From positions 192,001-256,000 of the forward strand of contig CAVXTM010000015.1 in assembly GCA_963764725.1 (NCBI GenBank): a stretch of 64,000 nt of DNA, written 5' to 3'. Made by a program: the position numbers and the translations under genes. This DNA is from an uncultured Gammaproteobacteria bacterium. GTDB lineage: Bacteria > Pseudomonadota > Gammaproteobacteria > JACCXJ01. Shown here piece after piece: positions 10,385 through 24,270 of this stretch; the first letter of the stretch is position 1, and each line of letters opens with the position of its first letter. Below the pieces are notes generated by a model. That model worked only from the letters and a program-made list of their open reading frames with translations. It had not been told where the DNA came from and searched no databases.

Positions 10385-13300
10385 ATGACCTATTCGTACA
10401 CAGAGAAAAAGCGTATTCGTAAGGATTTCGGTAAGCGTCCAAGCATACTCGACGTTCCCTATTTGTTGACGACACAAATCGATTCCTACCGAGATTTCCT
10501 GCAAGCCGATAGCGCGCAAGAAGCGCGCGTAGGCAGGGGCTTACATGCCGCGTTTACCTCGGTCTTTCCGATCGTGAGCTACTCCGGAAACGCGCTGCTC
10601 GAATATGTCAGCTACCGCCTCGGTACGCCTATATTCGATGTGAAGGAATGTCAGGTGCGGGGGCTCACCTATGCCGCGGCATTGCGAGTGAAGGTCAGGC
10701 TCGTTATCCATGACAAAGAGTCGAGCGCAGCACGCACCGTCAAGGATATCAAGGAGCAAGAAGTTTACATGGGCGAATTGCCGCTCATGACCAGCAACGG
10801 CACCTTCGTCATCAACGGCACCGAGCGCGTCATCGTTTCGCAGTTACATCGATCGCCTGGTGTTTTTTTCGAGCACGATAAAGGCAAAACGCATTCCTCG
10901 GGTAAACTACTGTTCTCGGCGCGGGTCATCCCCTATCGGGGTTCATGGCTGGATTTCGAGTTCGATCCCAAGGACTATCTGTACGTGCGCATCGATAGGC
11001 GCAGGAAGATCCCGGCGACTATCCTACTGCGCGCTCTCGGTTATACCCCCGCGGAAATTCTCGACGTTTTCTTCGAAAAGATAGTCTTTGAGATCGGAAA
11101 GCGCACGATCAAAATGGAGCTCATCGCAGAACGGCTGCGGGGCGAGACGCTGGCCTTCGATATCAAAGACGATCATGATCAGATTCTGGTCGAGAAGGAT
11201 CGACGTATTACGGTCCGGCACGTCAATGCTCTTAAGAAGGCGGGACTAAAGCACATCGTAGTGCCACGCGATTACGTGATCGGAAAGGTGCTGGTCAGTG
11301 ATGTCGTGGACTCCGAAACCGGGGAGATCGTCGCACAAGCCAATGACCCGGTCACCCACGATTTCTTGGAAAAATGCAGCGCCTGCGGCATTACGTCCAT
11401 CACTACGATCTATACCAACGATTTGGACCGCGGGTCTTACATCTCGGACACCTTACGGGTCGATCCGACGCGCTCCCCGGGAGAGGCTCAAGTGGAGATC
11501 TACCGCATGATGCGTCCCGGCGAACCGCCGACACGGGAAGCGGCCGATAATCTGTTTAAGAACCTGTTTTTCAGCCCTGACCGCTATGATTTATCCGCGG
11601 TGGGCCGCATGAAGTTCAATCGGCGGGTCGGGCGCGCGGAGCCGAAGGGAGCAAGCGTCCTGTCGAAGGAAGACATCATCGATGTGCTCAGGGCGTTAAT
11701 CGATATCCGTAACGGAAACGGAACCGTCGATGACATCGATCACCTTGGAAATAGGCGCGTGCGTAGCGTGGGCGAAATGGTCGAAAATCAGTTTCGCATC
11801 GGCTTGGTGCGGGTCGAGCGGGCAGTCAAGGAGCGCTTGAGTCTTGCGGAGTCCGAAGGGACCATGCCGCAGGAGCTCATCAACGCGAAGCCGGTGTCGG
11901 CGGTCATCAAGGAGTTTTTCGGCTCGAGTCAGTTGTCGCAATTCATGGATCAGAACAACCCGCTGTCGGAGGTCACGCACAAACGCCGCATCTCCGCGCT
12001 CGGTCCCGGCGGACTTACCCGCGAGCGGGCCGGTTTCGAGGTTCGCGATGTGCACCCCACCCATTATGGGCGGGTGTGTCCGATCGAGACGCCGGAAGGA
12101 CCGAATATCGGTTTGATTAATTCGCTCGCGGTGTACGCGCGGACTAACCGCTACGGTTTCCTCGAGACGCCCTACCGAAAAGTCGCGGACAGCAAGGTGA
12201 CGACCGAGGTGGAATACCTGTCCGCTATCGAGGAGGGCCAGTACGTCATCGCCCAAGCAAACGCGAAGCTGGATGCCGACGGCCGGCTCATCGATGACCT
12301 GGTCTCGTGCCGCTATCAGAATGAATTTACCTTGTCAACGCCCGATAAGGTCGAGTACATGGACGTCTCGCCGAAGCAAATCGTGTCGGTGGCGGCGTCG
12401 CTCATCCCCTTCCTCGAGCATGACGACGCCAATCGCGCGCTCATGGGCTCCAACATGCAGCGCCAAGCCGTGCCCACGCTGCGCGCGCAGATGCCGCTGG
12501 TCGGGACCGGTATGGAACGCGCCGTCGCGATCGACTCGGGCGTCGCGGTGGTGGCCGAACGTAGCGGCGTGGTCGATTCGGTGGATGCCAGCCGGATCGT
12601 GGTGAGGAGCGAGGAGGAGGACGACACCGATGCGGGTCAGCCGGGCGTCAATATTTACAATCTTACCAAATATACCCGCTCGAACCAGAACACCTGCATC
12701 AACCAAAGGCCCCTGGTGCAACCGGGCGATCGGATCGCGCAAGGCGATGTGTTGGCCGATGGCCCCGCCACCGACCTCGGCGAGCTTGCGCTAGGGCAGA
12801 ATATGCTGGTCGCGTTCATGCCTTGGAACGGTTACAACTTCGAGGACTCGATCTTGATTTCCGAGCGCGTCGTCGAAGAGGACCGCTACACCAGCATTCA
12901 CATCGAAGAGCTCAACTGCATCGCCCGCGACACCAAGCTCGGACCGGAGGAGATCACGGGAGATATTCCGAACGTGAGCGAGAGCGCGCTCGGAAAGCTG
13001 GATCAGTCGGGAATCGTCTATATCGGTGCCGAAGTCAACCCCGGTGATATTCTGGTGGGCAAGGTTACACCGAAAGGCGAGACGCAACTGACGCCTGAAG
13101 AAAAGCTACTTCGGGCGATCTTCGGTGAAAAGGCTTCCGACGTGAAGGACACTTCGCTACGGGTGCCCTCGGGCATGAGCGGAACGGTGATCGATGTCCA
13201 TGTGTTTACGCGCGACGGGATAGAGAAGGATGCCCGGGCTTTGGAGATCGAGACGGCGGAGCTCATGCGAGTCAAGCAAGACTTCGACGACCAACTGCGG

Positions 13301-14464
13301 ATCCTGGAAGGTGACGTTTATCAGCGCATCGAGAAAGCCCTGCTCGGCAAGGTGGCCGACGGAGGTCCGGGTGGGCTGAAGGCCGGAACCAAAATCACCA
13401 AGGCCTATTTAGAAGGGCTGAAGCGCGAGAAGTGGCTTGACCTCAAGATACGCAGTGGGGAGGGGCAGGCGCAGCTCGATCGATTGGCGGCGCTGGTTGC
13501 TCAGCAACAGCAAGAGTTCGATCGCCGCTTCGAGGAAAAGCGTTCGAAAATAACCTCCGGCGATGATCTTGCCCCCGGTGTGCTGAAGATGGTCAAGGTC
13601 TATCTCGCGGTAAAACGCCGTGTTCAACCCGGTGACAAGATGGCCGGCCGGCACGGCAACAAGGGTGTCATTTCAACCATCGTGCCCGTCGAGGACATGC
13701 CGTTCATGGAAGATGGCACCCCGATTGATATCGTCCTCAACCCCTTGGGCGTTCCCTCGCGCATGAATGTGGGCCAGGTACTGGAAACACATCTCGGGTG
13801 GGCCGCGAAAGGTGTCGGCGAGCGCATAGGGAAGATGTTGGACGTCGCGACTAAAGTGACCGAGATCCGGCAGTTCTTAGAGCGCGTCTATAACACTAGC
13901 GGCAAGCAGGAAGAGTTTTCCGCGCTTAGTGATGAGGAGATCCGCGCGCTCTGCATGAATCTCCGCCAAGGTGTCCCGGTGGCCACGCCGGTCTTTGACG
14001 GGGCCTCGGACCGAGAGATTAAAGACTTGCTGAAACTCGCGGGCTTACCCGAGAGTGGTCAGGCGGTCCTGCGTGACGGCCGTACGGGTATGTTCTTCGA
14101 TCGTCCCGTGACCGTTGGGTACATGTATATACTGAAGCTTAACCACCTTGTCGATGACAAGATGCACGCGCGCTCCACCGGTCCGTACAGTCTGGTGACG
14201 CAACAGCCCTTAGGCGGAAAGGCGCAGTTCGGAGGCCAGCGGTTCGGGGAGATGGAAGTGTGGGCGCTCGAGGCCTACGGCTCCGCTTATACGCTACAGG
14301 AGATGTTGACGGTCAAATCCGATGACGTGAATGGGCGCACCCGGATGTATAAGAACATCGTTGACGGGGACCATCGTGTGGAAGCCGGGATGCCGGAATC
14401 CTTCAACGTGTTGTTGAAGGAGTTACGGTCTTTGGCAATCGACATCGAGCTCGATCAGAAGTGA
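10385..14464 (+). CDS. rpoB: RNA polymerase beta subunit
   Basis: [33 protein letters not shown]; 1359 aa. Confidence 0.99.
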   Translation: MTYSYTEKKRIRKDFGKRPSILDVPYLLTTQIDSYRDFLQADSAQEARVGRGLHAAFTSVFPIVSYSGNALLEYVSYRLGTPIFDVKECQVRGLTYAAALRVKVRLVIHDKESSAARTVKDIKEQEVYMGELPLMTSNGTFVINGTERVIVSQLHRSPGVFFEHDKGKTHSSGKLLFSARVIPYRGSWLDFEFDPKDYLYVRIDRRRKIPATILLRALGYTPAEILDVFFEKIVFEIGKRTIKMELIAERLRGETLAFDIKDDHDQILVEKDRRITVRHVNALKKAGLKHIVVPRDYVIGKVLVSDVVDSETGEIVAQANDPVTHDFLEKCSACGITSITTIYTNDLDRGSYISDTLRVDPTRSPGEAQVEIYRMMRPGEPPTREAADNLFKNLFFSPDRYDLSAVGRMKFNRRVGRAEPKGASVLSKEDIIDVLRALIDIRNGNGTVDDIDHLGNRRVRSVGEMVENQFRIGLVRVERAVKERLSLAESEGTMPQELINAKPVSAVIKEFFGSSQLSQFMDQNNPLSEVTHKRRISALGPGGLTRERAGFEVRDVHPTHYGRVCPIETPEGPNIGLINSLAVYARTNRYGFLETPYRKVADSKVTTEVEYLSAIEEGQYVIAQANAKLDADGRLIDDLVSCRYQNEFTLSTPDKVEYMDVSPKQIVSVAASLIPFLEHDDANRALMGSNMQRQAVPTLRAQMPLVGTGMERAVAIDSGVAVVAERSGVVDSVDASRIVVRSEEEDDTDAGQPGVNIYNLTKYTRSNQNTCINQRPLVQPGDRIAQGDVLADGPATDLGELALGQNMLVAFMPWNGYNFEDSILISERVVEEDRYTSIHIEELNCIARDTKLGPEEITGDIPNVSESALGKLDQSGIVYIGAEVNPGDILVGKVTPKGETQLTPEEKLLRAIFGEKASDVKDTSLRVPSGMSGTVIDVHVFTRDGIEKDARALEIETAELMRVKQDFDDQLRILEGDVYQRIEKALLGKVADGGPGGLKAGTKITKAYLEGLKREKWLDLKIRSGEGQAQLDRLAALVAQQQQEFDRRFEEKRSKITSGDDLAPGVLKMVKVYLAVKRRVQPGDKMAGRHGNKGVISTIVPVEDMPFMEDGTPIDIVLNPLGVPSRMNVGQVLETHLGWAAKGVGERIGKMLDVATKVTEIRQFLERVYNTSGKQEEFSALSDEEIRALCMNLRQGVPVATPVFDGASDREIKDLLKLAGLPESGQAVLRDGRTGMFFDRPVTVGYMYILKLNHLVDDKMHARSTGPYSLVTQQPLGGKAQFGGQRFGEMEVWALEAYGSAYTLQEMLTVKSDDVNGRTRMYKNIVDGDHRVEAGMPESFNVLLKELRSLAIDIELDQK

Positions 14465-14522
14465 TGCGTTATCGCACGTTTCCCCGGTCCACCTAGCAAG
14501 GACTCGGGAAGGAGGAATAGCC

Positions 14523-17500
14523 TTGAAAGATCTATTGAATCTCCTGAGGCAACAGGGCCTTAGCGAGGAATTTGACGCCATCACTATCGGCATCGCTTCG
14601 CCGGAGAAGATCCGCTCCTGGTCCTACGGTGAGGTCAAGAAGCCCGAGACCATCAACTACCGGACCTTCAAACCGGAACGCGACGGTCTATTCTGCGCCA
14701 AAATCTTTGGGCCGGTTAAGGACTACGAATGCCTGTGCGGAAAGTACAAGCGGCTCAAGCACCGCGGGGTGGTCTGTGAAAAATGCGGTGTTGAGGTCAC
14801 CCTGGCCAAAGTCCGGCGCGAGCGGATGGGCCATATCGAGCTCGCCAGTCCCGTGGCCCACATCTGGTTCCTGAAATCATTACCCTCACGCATGGGTTTG
14901 CTGCTAGATCTTTCCTTGCGGGAAATCGAACGCATCCTCTATTTCGAGGCCTACGTCGTCATCGATCCCGGTACGACGCCCCTCGAACGCGGCCAATTGC
15001 TGACCGAGGAAATGTATCTGGATTCGATGGAGCAATACGGCGATGAATTCAACGCGCGTATGGGCGCCGAGGCCGTGCACGCGCTCCTGCGAACCATCAA
15101 TCTTCGGGTCGAGATCGCCAAGATCCGCGAGGCGCTGCCAAACACCGCCTCCGAGACGAAGTTAAAGAAGCTCAATAAACGGCTCAAGCTGCTCGAGGCG
15201 CTCGTGTCCTCGGGTAACCGTCCCGAATGGATGGTGATGACCGTGCTGCCCGTCCTGCCTCCCGAATTGCGCCCGCTGGTCCCGCTCGATGGCGGTCGCT
15301 TCGCCACCTCCGATCTCAACGATCTCTACCGGCGCGTGATCAACCGGAATAACCGTTTGAAGCGCTTGTTGGATCTCAGCGCCCCGGACATCATCGTCCG
15401 CAATGAGAAGCGCATGCTGCAAGAAGCCGTGGACGCGCTGCTCGATAACGGACGCCGGGGGCGTGCCATCACGGGGACCAACAAGCTCCCGCTGAAATCC
15501 CTTGCCGACATGATCAAGGGCAAGCAAGGCAGGTTCCGGCAGAACCTGCTCGGCAAACGCGTCGATTATTCCGGGCGCTCTGTGATCGTGGTGGGGCCGA
15601 CCTTGAAGCTGCACCAATGCGGGTTGCCCAAAAAGATGGCGCTGGAATTATTCAAGCCTTTCATCTTCAGCAAATTGGAACGCCTGGGCATGGCCACCAC
15701 GATCAAGGCCTCGAAAAAGATGGTGGAGCGCGAGGGCCCAGAGGTATGGGACATCCTCGAGGACGTGATCCGCGAGCACCCGGTACTGCTGAACCGGGCG
15801 CCGACCTTGCACCGGCTAGGAATACAGGCTTTCGAACCGGTGCTCGTCGAAGGCAAAGCGATCCAACTACATCCTTTGGTTTGCACGGCTTTTAACGCCG
15901 ACTTCGACGGCGATCAAATGGCGGTGCACGTGCCGTTGTCGATCGAAGCTCAGCTTGAGGCGCGCACCTTGATGATGTTGACCAATAACATACTCTCGCC
16001 GGCCAATGGCGAACCCATCATCGTGCCAACGCAAGATGTCGTTTTGGGCTTGTATTACCTAACTCGGGAGCGTGCCGGGGCCAGTGGCGAGGGTATGGCT
16101 TTGACCGATCTCGATGAGGTGCATCGCGCGCATGCGAGCGGTTCGGCCGATCTGCACGCCCGCATCAAGGTGAGGATCCGCGAGGTCGTTCAAGACCAGT
16201 TCGGGCAGCGTCGGGAGGTTTCGCGGTGCGTCGAGACCACGGTCGGACGGGCCTTGTTATCGCAAGTGCTGCCGAAGGAGCTTCCGTTCGACCTCATCAA
16301 CAAGGAACTGAATAAGCGCGCCATCTCCACTCTGATCAATGCCTGTTATCGCCAACTGGGCCTCAAGGATACCGTGATTTTCGCGGATCGGCTCATGTAC
16401 ACGGGTTTTAATCATGCTACACGCGCGGGTATATCCATCAGCGTAAACGATATGGTGGTCCCGGAGGAGAAAAGAGAGATCATCGGCAGGGCGGAGGATG
16501 CGATCAAGGAGATCGAGGGGCAATATGCGTCGGGCCTGGTCACCAAGGGTGAGCGCTATAACAAGGTCATCGACATCTGGTCGCATACGAATGATCAAGT
16601 GGCTAAAGCGATGATGGACAAGCTCGGTACGGATCTAGTCAGGGTCCAGGGCAAGGACATCCGCCAGACCTCGTTCAATTCGATTTTCATGATGGCTGAT
16701 TCCGGCGCCCGCGGATCGGCGGCGCAGATCCGTCAGCTCGCGGGTATGCGCGGATTGATGGCCAAACCGGACGGGTCGATCATCGAGACACCCATCACGG
16801 CCAACTTCAGGGAAGGCCTGGACGTCTTACAGTATTTCATCTCGACGCATGGCGCGCGTAAGGGCCTTGCCGACACGGCCTTAAAAACCGCGAACTCCGG
16901 CTATCTGACCCGCCGCCTGGTGGATGTGGCGCAAGACCTCGTGGTTACCGAAGAGGACTGCAAGACCACGGAGGGTTTTCTCATGGCGCCGATCATCGAA
17001 GGCGGTAATGTCGTGGAGCACCTCCGCGACCGGGTGCTCGGGCGGGTGGTGGCGGAGGATGTGCGCCGGGCGGGCGAAAGTGGGGTCGTCGTGCCTGCCG
17101 GAACCCTATTGGATGAGCGCTGGGCCGAGCGAATGGAAGCCGCCGGTGTGGATCAGGTGAAGGTGCGTTCGCCGATCACCTGCCGGACGCGCTATGGAGT
17201 TTGTGGCGCCTGCTACGGTCGCGATCTCTCGCGCGGGCATCTGGTTAACGTGGGCGAAGCGGTCGGCGTGATCGCGGCGCAGTCGATCGGCGAGCCCGGC
17301 ACGCAGTTGACCATGCGCACCTTTCACATCGGCGGCGCCGCCTCCAGGGCGGCGGCGGCAAACAGCATCGAAGCCAGGTCGAAGGGAGTTATCCGGCTCC
17401 ATAGCATCAAATTGCTCAAGCAAGAAACGGGGACCTACGTCGCGGTGTCCCGGTCGGGCGAAATCTCGGTCGTGGACGAGTTCGGGCGGGAGCGCGAACG

Positions 17501-18701
17501 CTACAAAGTCCCTTACGGCGGGGTGCTGACGGTTACCGACGGGTTTGAGGTTCAGCCCGGGCAGGTGATCGCGACTTGGGATCCCCATACTCACCCCGTT
17601 ATTACGGAAGTGGCGGGCGTGGTGGCGTTCGCGGATATCGTCGAAGGGGTCACCGTGAACCGGCACATCGATGAGATCACCGGTCTGACCAGCATCGTAG
17701 TAATGGATCCGAAACAACGGCCGTCCAGCGCCAAAGACCTGCGGCCGGTCGTCAAGCTTGTCGACGCCGAGGGTACGGATCTCAAGATCCCGGGCACGGA
17801 GATCCCAGCGCACTATTTCCTGCCGCCGCGGGCCATTGTGAATGTCGAGGACGGCGCCAACGTGAAAGTCGGCGATGTCATCGCGAGATTGCCTCAGGAG
17901 TCCTTAAAGACGCGTGATATTACCGGGGGGCTGCCACGCGTAGCCGATCTGTTCGAGGCGCGCCGACCGAAAGAGGCCGCCGTCCTTGCCGAGGTCTCGG
18001 GGACGGTCAGCTTCGGACGCGACACCAAGGGGAAGCAACGTTTGGTGCTCACCGACCAGACGGGCGAACAAACGGAGATCCTTATCCCGAAATGGCGTCA
18101 AGTCGCCGTGTTTGAAGGAGAGCATGTCGAGAGGGGCGAAGTGATCGTGGACGGCGCGCCGGACTCGCACGATATTTTGCGCCTGAAAGGCGTCTATGCG
18201 TTGACGAACTATATCGTCAATGAAGTGCAGGACGTATACCGCCTGCAAGGGGTGAAGATCAACGACAAGCATATCGAGGTCATCGTGCGCCAAATGCTCC
18301 GCAAGGTGGAAATCACCGACCCCGGCGATACGCGCTTCCTCCTGGGTGAGCACGCCGAAAAAGAACGGGTGCTCGATGAAAACGAACGCGGCGCGCGGGA
18401 AGGCAAGAAACCGGCGCGGTGGGCGCAGATGCTGCTCGGAATTACCAAGGCTTCCTTGGCCACCGAATCGTTCATCTCGGCGGCGTCCTTCCAAGAAACG
18501 ACGCGGGTTTTGACCGAGGCGGCGGTAACCGGGAAACGCGACGAGCTGCGCGGGCTCAAGGAGAACGTCATCGTTGGGCGATTGATCCCAGCCGGAACGG
18601 GATTCGCCTTTCACGGGGAGCGACGCAGCCAACGTGAGGAACCGGTGGATCTGACAACCCGCTTCGCCGATCTCGGCGGGGCGGATGTAGCGGCGGGTTA
18701 G
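14523..18701 (+). CDS. rpoC: RNA polymerase beta-prime subunit (TTG start)
   Basis: NADFDGDQM catalytic motif; AGGAGG RBS. Confidence 0.99.
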   Translation: MKDLLNLLRQQGLSEEFDAITIGIASPEKIRSWSYGEVKKPETINYRTFKPERDGLFCAKIFGPVKDYECLCGKYKRLKHRGVVCEKCGVEVTLAKVRRERMGHIELASPVAHIWFLKSLPSRMGLLLDLSLREIERILYFEAYVVIDPGTTPLERGQLLTEEMYLDSMEQYGDEFNARMGAEAVHALLRTINLRVEIAKIREALPNTASETKLKKLNKRLKLLEALVSSGNRPEWMVMTVLPVLPPELRPLVPLDGGRFATSDLNDLYRRVINRNNRLKRLLDLSAPDIIVRNEKRMLQEAVDALLDNGRRGRAITGTNKLPLKSLADMIKGKQGRFRQNLLGKRVDYSGRSVIVVGPTLKLHQCGLPKKMALELFKPFIFSKLERLGMATTIKASKKMVEREGPEVWDILEDVIREHPVLLNRAPTLHRLGIQAFEPVLVEGKAIQLHPLVCTAFNADFDGDQMAVHVPLSIEAQLEARTLMMLTNNILSPANGEPIIVPTQDVVLGLYYLTRERAGASGEGMALTDLDEVHRAHASGSADLHARIKVRIREVVQDQFGQRREVSRCVETTVGRALLSQVLPKELPFDLINKELNKRAISTLINACYRQLGLKDTVIFADRLMYTGFNHATRAGISISVNDMVVPEEKREIIGRAEDAIKEIEGQYASGLVTKGERYNKVIDIWSHTNDQVAKAMMDKLGTDLVRVQGKDIRQTSFNSIFMMADSGARGSAAQIRQLAGMRGLMAKPDGSIIETPITANFREGLDVLQYFISTHGARKGLADTALKTANSGYLTRRLVDVAQDLVVTEEDCKTTEGFLMAPIIEGGNVVEHLRDRVLGRVVAEDVRRAGESGVVVPAGTLLDERWAERMEAAGVDQVKVRSPITCRTRYGVCGACYGRDLSRGHLVNVGEAVGVIAAQSIGEPGTQLTMRTFHIGGAASRAAAANSIEARSKGVIRLHSIKLLKQETGTYVAVSRSGEISVVDEFGRERERYKVPYGGVLTVTDGFEVQPGQVIATWDPHTHPVITEVAGVVAFADIVEGVTVNRHIDEITGLTSIVVMDPKQRPSSAKDLRPVVKLVDAEGTDLKIPGTEIPAHYFLPPRAIVNVEDGANVKVGDVIARLPQESLKTRDITGGLPRVADLFEARRPKEAAVLAEVSGTVSFGRDTKGKQRLVLTDQTGEQTEILIPKWRQVAVFEGEHVERGEVIVDGAPDSHDILRLKGVYALTNYIVNEVQDVYRLQGVKINDKHIEVIVRQMLRKVEITDPGDTRFLLGEHAEKERVLDENERGAREGKKPARWAQMLLGITKASLATESFISAASFQETTRVLTEAAVTGKRDELRGLKENVIVGRLIPAGTGFAFHGERRSQREEPVDLTTRFADLGGADVAAG

Positions 18702-18757
18702 GGAAAGTTGGCGTGCATGGAGTAGCGCAAGATCGTGAAAAATTAGGCCAGTTTAGC

Positions 18758-18787
18758 TTGACAGTTGGTGAGTCGAATTATTAAAAT
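18758..18787 (+). promoter_or_regulatory. Putative sigma70 promoter of the str operon
   Basis: TTGACA-18 bp-TAAAAT. Confidence 0.6.
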
Positions 18788-18799
18788 TCCATAGTTTTG

Positions 18800-18832
18800 A
18801 CAGGCCGGAGCGATCCGGCCTGTGTTTTTTTT
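18800..18832 (+). terminator. Intrinsic terminator-like hairpin
   Basis: ACAGGCCGGA-GCGA-TCCGGCCTGT followed by G and T8. Confidence 0.7.
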
Positions 18833-18877
18833 AGAAGCGGCCGGAAGTAATCGCCGCAGAGGGTGCTCTTTAACGGT

Positions 18878-19252
18878 ATGGCTACGATCAATCAACTGGT
18901 CAGGCGTCCGCGGAAACAACAGCGGCTAAAAAGCACCGTGCCGGCGCTTGAAGGATGTCCGCAGAAGCGCGGTGTCTGTACGCGCGTCTATACGACCACA
19001 CCCAAGAAACCGAACTCGGCCCTGCGAAAGGTCGCGCGCGTGCGGCTCACCAACGGCTATGAAGTGACGAGCTACATCGGGGGGGAGGGACACAACTTAC
19101 AGGAACATTCAGTGATCCTGATCCGTGGTGGACGGGTCAAGGACCTTCCCGGTGTTCGCTATCACACGGTACGAGGCATCTTGGATACTTCGGGTGTCGC
19201 GGCTCGCCGACAAGGGCGATCGAAGTACGGGGCTAAGCGCCCGAAGTCTTAG
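18878..19252 (+). CDS. rpsL: 30S ribosomal protein S12
   Basis: [30 protein letters not shown]. Confidence 0.99.
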   Translation: MATINQLVRRPRKQQRLKSTVPALEGCPQKRGVCTRVYTTTPKKPNSALRKVARVRLTNGYEVTSYIGGEGHNLQEHSVILIRGGRVKDLPGVRYHTVRGILDTSGVAARRQGRSKYGAKRPKS

Positions 19253-19396
19253 CGTTTGTGAAAAAACCTACTACGCTCAGGATCTCGCGTTCCGGCGGTA
19301 ACTCGGAATCCTCATGTATTTCAATATACACTCCGGTTCCTGCGCTCCGGCGGAACGCGACCTCCCTTCGCTCGCGACGGTTTTTTCACAAACTCT
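19251..19396. mobile_element. MITE/ERIC-like palindromic element in the rpsL-rpsG spacer
   Basis: Terminal IR AGCGTTTGTGAAAAAACC / GGTTTTTTCACAAACTCT (17/18); inner IR TCGCGTTCCG / CGGAACGCGA. Confidence 0.75.
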
Positions 19397-19435
19397 TGGT
19401 TTTTAAAGTAGAAATACTGCGGATGATAGCTCGTT

Positions 19436-19906
19436 ATGTCTAGAAGACACGTCGCTGAACAACGAGTCATTTTGCCTGATCCAAAATACGGCGATGAGAC
19501 GATTGCGAAATTTATAAATATGGTCATGAATCAGGGAAAGAAATCCCTCGCCGAAAGGATTGTTTACGGAGCCTTGGAGCAAGTGGCCGCCAAGGGGCAA
19601 AGCGATGCTCTAGCGGCGTTCAAGCAAGCGCTCGACAACGTCCGGCCACGCGTTGAGGTCAAGTCGAGGCGCGTCGGCGGCGCCACCTATCAAGTGCCGG
19701 TCGAGGTGCGGGCCAAACGCCGTACGACCTTGGCAATGCGGTGGCTGGTCGATGCCTCCGACAAGCGTGGCGAGAAGACCTTCGGATCGAGGCTTGCCGC
19801 CGAAATTCTGGAAGCCTTGGAGAATCGAGGGACGGCGGTTAAGAAGCGTGAAGACACTCACCGTATGGCGGAAGCCAACCGCGCCTTTGCGCATTATCGC
19901 TGGTAG
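19436..19906 (+). CDS. rpsG: 30S ribosomal protein S7
   Basis: [29 protein letters not shown]. Confidence 0.99.
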   Translation: MSRRHVAEQRVILPDPKYGDETIAKFINMVMNQGKKSLAERIVYGALEQVAAKGQSDALAAFKQALDNVRPRVEVKSRRVGGATYQVPVEVRAKRRTTLAMRWLVDASDKRGEKTFGSRLAAEILEALENRGTAVKKREDTHRMAEANRAFAHYRW

Positions 19907-19934
19907 CGTACGTTGGTAGCGATAGAAACCCATC

Positions 19935-22034
19935 ATGGCCCGGTTAACCCCCATCGAACGCTATCGCAATATCGGTATCATGGCCCATATCGATGCGGGT
20001 AAGACGACCACGACCGAGCGTATCCTCTATTACACCGGGGTGTCGCATAAACTCGGCGAGGTCCATGACGGCGCCGCCGTGATGGACTGGATGGAGCAGG
20101 AGCAGGAACGCGGTATTACGATCACGGCGGCGGCGACCACGTGTTTCTGGAGCGGTATGGGTAACCAGTACCCCGAGCACCGCGTCAATATCATCGATAC
20201 GCCGGGTCACGTCGACTTTACCATCGAAGTCGAGCGCTCACTACGCGTCCTCGATGGCGCGGTGGGCGTTTTTTGCGCCGTTGGGGGTGTCGAGCCGCAG
20301 TCCGAGACCGTGTGGCGCCAAGCCAGCAAGTATTCGGTTCCGAGATTGGCATTCATTAATAAGATGGACCGCGCGGGCGCCGATTTCCTGCGCGTGGTGC
20401 GGCAGATCCGCGAGCGTCTGGGCAGCGCGGCGGTGCCGGTCCAGATCCCGATCGGTGCGGAAGAAAAGTTCGAGGGCGTGGTCGATCTCGTCAAGATGAA
20501 GGCCATTTATTGGGATCAATCGTCGCAGGGGATGCGCTATGAGGAACGTGAAATACCCGCTGAGATAAAGCCCTTGTGCGCCGAGTGGCGTGACAAAATG
20601 GTGGAAGCAGCGGCCGATGCGAGCGAGGATCTGACGGAAAAGTACCTTCATGCGGGCGGGCTCGATCCGAAGGACATTTATCGGGGTCTGAGGATGCGGA
20701 CGCTCAGCAACGAAATCGTTCCCGTGCTGTGCGGTTCGGCGTTCAAAAACAAGGGCGTGCAGGCGCTCCTCGATGCGGTCATCGAATTACTCCCGGCGCC
20801 GGTGGATGTTCCGCCCATCGAGGGCACATTGGACGACGGTAAGACCCAGGAAACCCGGCCGCCCTCGGACGAAGCGCCTTATGCCTCGCTGGCCTTCAAG
20901 ATCATGACAGACCCGTTCGTGGGCACCCTGACTTTCTTTCGCGTCTATTCGGGGGCGCTGCAAAGCGGCGACACCGTGTACAACCCTCTAAAAAACAGAA
21001 AGGAACGCATCGGCCGCTTGCTGCAAATGCATGCCAATAGCCGCGAAGAGATCAGGGAAGTCCGGGCCGGCGATATCGCGGCGGCGGTGGGCCTCAAGGA
21101 CGTGACGACCGGTGATACCTTGTGCGCTGTCGACAAGATCATCACCTTAGAACGGATGGTGTTCCCCGATCCGGTCATCTCGGTGGCAGTGGAACCGAAG
21201 ACCAAGGCCGACCAAGAGAAGATGGGTATGGCCCTCTCGAAGCTGGCGGCGGAGGACCCGTCTTTCCGCGTGCACACGGATCAGGAGTCCGCTCAGACGA
21301 TTATCTCGGGCATGGGCGAGCTGCACCTTGAGATCATCGTCGATCGGATGAAGCGGGAGTTCAAGGTCGAAGCCAACGTCGGGAAACCGCGGGTGGCTTA
21401 CCGGGAAACCATCCGCAAGGTTGTGGAAAAGGCGGAAGGAAAGTTCGTTCGGCAGTCGGGCGGTCGGGGTCAATACGGCCATGTGCTCTTGCGCTTGGAG
21501 CCAAGGGCGCCGGGGGAAGGTTTTGAATTCGTGAACGAGATCGTGGGCGGTGCGATTCCCAGGGAGTACATTCCGGCAATTGAAAAAGGCGTTCGCGAAC
21601 AGTTGGGGAACGGCGTGCTGGCTGGATATCCCGTCGTAGATATCAGGGCGATAGTCTATGATGGGTCTTTTCATGAAGTCGACTCGAGCGAAATAGCGTT
21701 TAAGATCGCCGGCTCCATGGCGTTTAAGAACGGCGCAGCGCACGGTAAGCCCGTACTCTTGGAGCCGGTAATGAAGGTCGAGGTCGTGACGCCCGAGGAA
21801 TACCTCGGGACCGTAAACGGGGATATGAACCGCCGCCGAGGCGTGCTGCAGGGCACCGAGGATTCTCCCGCGGGCCGCATAGTTCGCGCGGAGGTGCCGC
21901 TTGCGGAAATGTTCGGTTATGCGACCGATCTGCGTTCCGCCACCCAAGGACGAGCCACCTATACGATGGAATTCGCAAAGTATAGCGAGGCGCCGGCGAG
22001 TATCGCGGAAGCCGTGACGAAGCAGGCCCGGTAA
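19935..22034 (+). CDS. fusA: Elongation factor G
   Basis: [21 protein letters not shown]. Confidence 0.99.
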   Translation: MARLTPIERYRNIGIMAHIDAGKTTTTERILYYTGVSHKLGEVHDGAAVMDWMEQEQERGITITAAATTCFWSGMGNQYPEHRVNIIDTPGHVDFTIEVERSLRVLDGAVGVFCAVGGVEPQSETVWRQASKYSVPRLAFINKMDRAGADFLRVVRQIRERLGSAAVPVQIPIGAEEKFEGVVDLVKMKAIYWDQSSQGMRYEEREIPAEIKPLCAEWRDKMVEAAADASEDLTEKYLHAGGLDPKDIYRGLRMRTLSNEIVPVLCGSAFKNKGVQALLDAVIELLPAPVDVPPIEGTLDDGKTQETRPPSDEAPYASLAFKIMTDPFVGTLTFFRVYSGALQSGDTVYNPLKNRKERIGRLLQMHANSREEIREVRAGDIAAAVGLKDVTTGDTLCAVDKIITLERMVFPDPVISVAVEPKTKADQEKMGMALSKLAAEDPSFRVHTDQESAQTIISGMGELHLEIIVDRMKREFKVEANVGKPRVAYRETIRKVVEKAEGKFVRQSGGRGQYGHVLLRLEPRAPGEGFEFVNEIVGGAIPREYIPAIEKGVREQLGNGVLAGYPVVDIRAIVYDGSFHEVDSSEIAFKIAGSMAFKNGAAHGKPVLLEPVMKVEVVTPEEYLGTVNGDMNRRRGVLQGTEDSPAGRIVRAEVPLAEMFGYATDLRSATQGRATYTMEFAKYSEAPASIAEAVTKQAR

Positions 22035-22061
22035 CGACGAGCGAAAGCGGAGAACTGAGTT

Positions 22062-23252
22062 ATGTCCAAGGAGAAATTTCAGCGAACGAAGCCGCATGTG
22101 AATGTAGGGACGATAGGGCATGTGGATCATGGGAAGACGACGTTGACGGCGGCGTTGACGATGGTGATGTCGAAGAAGTTTGGAGGGGAGGTCAAGGGTT
22201 ATGATCAGATCGACAATGCGCCCGAGGAGAAGGCGAGGGGGATCACGATAGCGACGGCGCATGTGGAGTACCAGAGTGAGAAGCGGCACTATGCGCATGT
22301 GGACTGTCCGGGGCATGCGGATTATGTGAAGAACATGATCACGGGGGCGGCGCAGATGGATGGGGCGATATTAGTGGTGAGTGCGGCGGATGGGCCGATG
22401 CCGCAGACGCGCGAGCACATTTTGTTGGCGCGTCAGGTAGGGGTGCCCTACATTGTGGTGTACATGAACAAGGCGGACATGGTGGATGATGCGGAGTTAC
22501 TGGAATTAGTGGAGATGGAGGTCAGGGAGTTACTGGACAGTTACAAGTTTCCCGGGGAGAAGACGCCGGTGGTGGTGGGGAGTGCGTTGAAGGCGTTGGA
22601 GGGGGAGGGGAGTGAGCTTGGGGTGCAGTCCATCGAGAAGCTAGTGGCGGCGATGGATGAGTACATTCCGGTGCCCGAGCGGGCGGTGGATCAGCCGTTT
22701 TTGATGCCGATTGAGGATGTATTTTCGATCTCCGGGCGGGGGACGGTGGTGACGGGTCGAGTGGAGCGTGGGCGGGTCAAGGTCGGGGAGGAGGTAGCGA
22801 TTGTTGGGATCCGGGAGACGCAGAAGACGATCTGCACGGGGGTGGAGATGTTTCGGAAGTTATTGGATGAAGGGCAGGCGGGGGACAATGTCGGGGTGTT
22901 GCTGAGGGGGACCAAGCGCGAGGAGGTGGAGCGTGGACAGGTATTATGCAAGCCGGGGAGTGTGACGCCGCACACCCATTTTGAGGCGGAGGTGTATGTG
23001 TTATCGAAGGAAGAGGGAGGGAGGCACACGCCGTTTTTCAGCAATTACCGGCCGCAGTTTTATTTTCGGACCACCGATGTAACGGGGGCGGTGGAGTTAC
23101 CCTCAGGGGTGGAGATGGTGATGCCTGGGGACAATGTGAAGATGGTGGTGAAGTTGATTGCGCCGATTGCGATGGAAGAGGGGGTGAGGTTTGCGATCCG
23201 CGAAGGGGGCCGCACCGTCGGGGCCGGCGTCGTCGCTAAGGTCATCGAGTAG
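22062..23252 (+). CDS. tuf: Elongation factor Tu, copy 2 (tufA position)
   Basis: Same protein as 5695-6885; shared sequence runs 22036-23253 vs 5669-6886. Confidence 0.99.
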   Translation: MSKEKFQRTKPHVNVGTIGHVDHGKTTLTAALTMVMSKKFGGEVKGYDQIDNAPEEKARGITIATAHVEYQSEKRHYAHVDCPGHADYVKNMITGAAQMDGAILVVSAADGPMPQTREHILLARQVGVPYIVVYMNKADMVDDAELLELVEMEVRELLDSYKFPGEKTPVVVGSALKALEGEGSELGVQSIEKLVAAMDEYIPVPERAVDQPFLMPIEDVFSISGRGTVVTGRVERGRVKVGEEVAIVGIRETQKTICTGVEMFRKLLDEGQAGDNVGVLLRGTKREEVERGQVLCKPGSVTPHTHFEAEVYVLSKEEGGRHTPFFSNYRPQFYFRTTDVTGAVELPSGVEMVMPGDNVKMVVKLIAPIAMEEGVRFAIREGGRTVGAGVVAKVIE

Positions 23253-23298
23253 CAAAACGGGAGCCTATGCTTGAGACTGGGCCCACGATGAATCATCC

Positions 23299-23610
23299 AT
23301 GAACGACCAAATCATCCGTATCCGTCTCAAGGCCTTCGACCATCGGTTGATCGACCGGTCGACGCGCGAGATTGTCGAGACCGCACGGCGCACGGGCGCC
23401 CAGATCCGAGGGCCGATCCCTTTGCCCACAAAAATGGAACGCTTTACGGTGTTGATCTCACCGCATGCGGACAAGGATGCCCGCGATCAGTACGAGATCC
23501 GCACCCACAAACGCCTGCTCGACATCGTCAATCCCACCGACAAGACCGTGGATGCGCTGATGAAGCTCGATCTGGCCGCGGGCGTCGATGTCCAGATCAA
23601 GCTGAGCTGA
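23299..23610 (+). CDS. rpsJ: 30S ribosomal protein S10
   Basis: [21 protein letters not shown]. Confidence 0.98.
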   Translation: MNDQIIRIRLKAFDHRLIDRSTREIVETARRTGAQIRGPIPLPTKMERFTVLISPHADKDARDQYEIRTHKRLLDIVNPTDKTVDALMKLDLAAGVDVQIKLS

Positions 23611-23627
23611 GCTCGGAGATAGCGCGA

Positions 23628-24269
23628 ATGGCACTGGGCATAATCGGGCAAAAATGCGGCATGACGCGTATCTACAACGAAGAGGGAACCGCTATCCCGG
23701 TGACCGTCATCGCCGCCGAAGCTAACCGAATCACCCAAGTCAAGACGCTGGAACGCGATGGCTATCGCGCCATACAAGTAACAAAAGGTTCTCAAAAGCG
23801 GAACCGAATTAGCAAGGCGCTGGCCGGAATCTATAAAAAAGCAGGTGTCGAAAGTGGGCGGGGTTTGTGGGAGTTCCGGCTGGAAGCGCGCGAAGGCGAG
23901 GCGCTCAGCGTCGGCCAGGAAGTCAAGGTCGATGTATTCAAAGCAGGCGATATGGTCAACGTGAGCGGTGCCACACAGGGAAAAGGTTTTGCCGGGACGA
24001 TCAAACGGCATCACTTTAGATCCGGGGACGCCACGCACGGTAACTCGCTTTCGCACCGCACGCCTGGTTCCACCGGGCAGCGCCAGACCCCCGGCCGCGT
24101 GTTCAAGGGCAAGCACATGCCGGGGCATCTGGGTAATGTGAATCGCACGGTCTCGAATCTGGAGGTGGTGCGCGTCGATGCCGAGAGAAACCTGCTCCTC
24201 GTGAAGGGCGCCGTGCCGGGCGCGCGCGGCGGCCATCTGGTCGTACGGCCAGCGGTCAAGGGGCGTTAG
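23628..24269 (+). CDS. rplC: 50S ribosomal protein L3
   Basis: [28 protein letters not shown]. Confidence 0.98.
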   Translation: MALGIIGQKCGMTRIYNEEGTAIPVTVIAAEANRITQVKTLERDGYRAIQVTKGSQKRNRISKALAGIYKKAGVESGRGLWEFRLEAREGEALSVGQEVKVDVFKAGDMVNVSGATQGKGFAGTIKRHHFRSGDATHGNSLSHRTPGSTGQRQTPGRVFKGKHMPGHLGNVNRTVSNLEVVRVDAERNLLLVKGAVPGARGGHLVVRPAVKGR

Positions 24270-24270
24270 C

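Noticed and set aside
21147-22316. Long antisense ORFs over fusA/tuf (also 5524-5949) with His/Arg runs
   Set aside because: Shadow frames produced by codon bias in conserved genes; no recognisable domain
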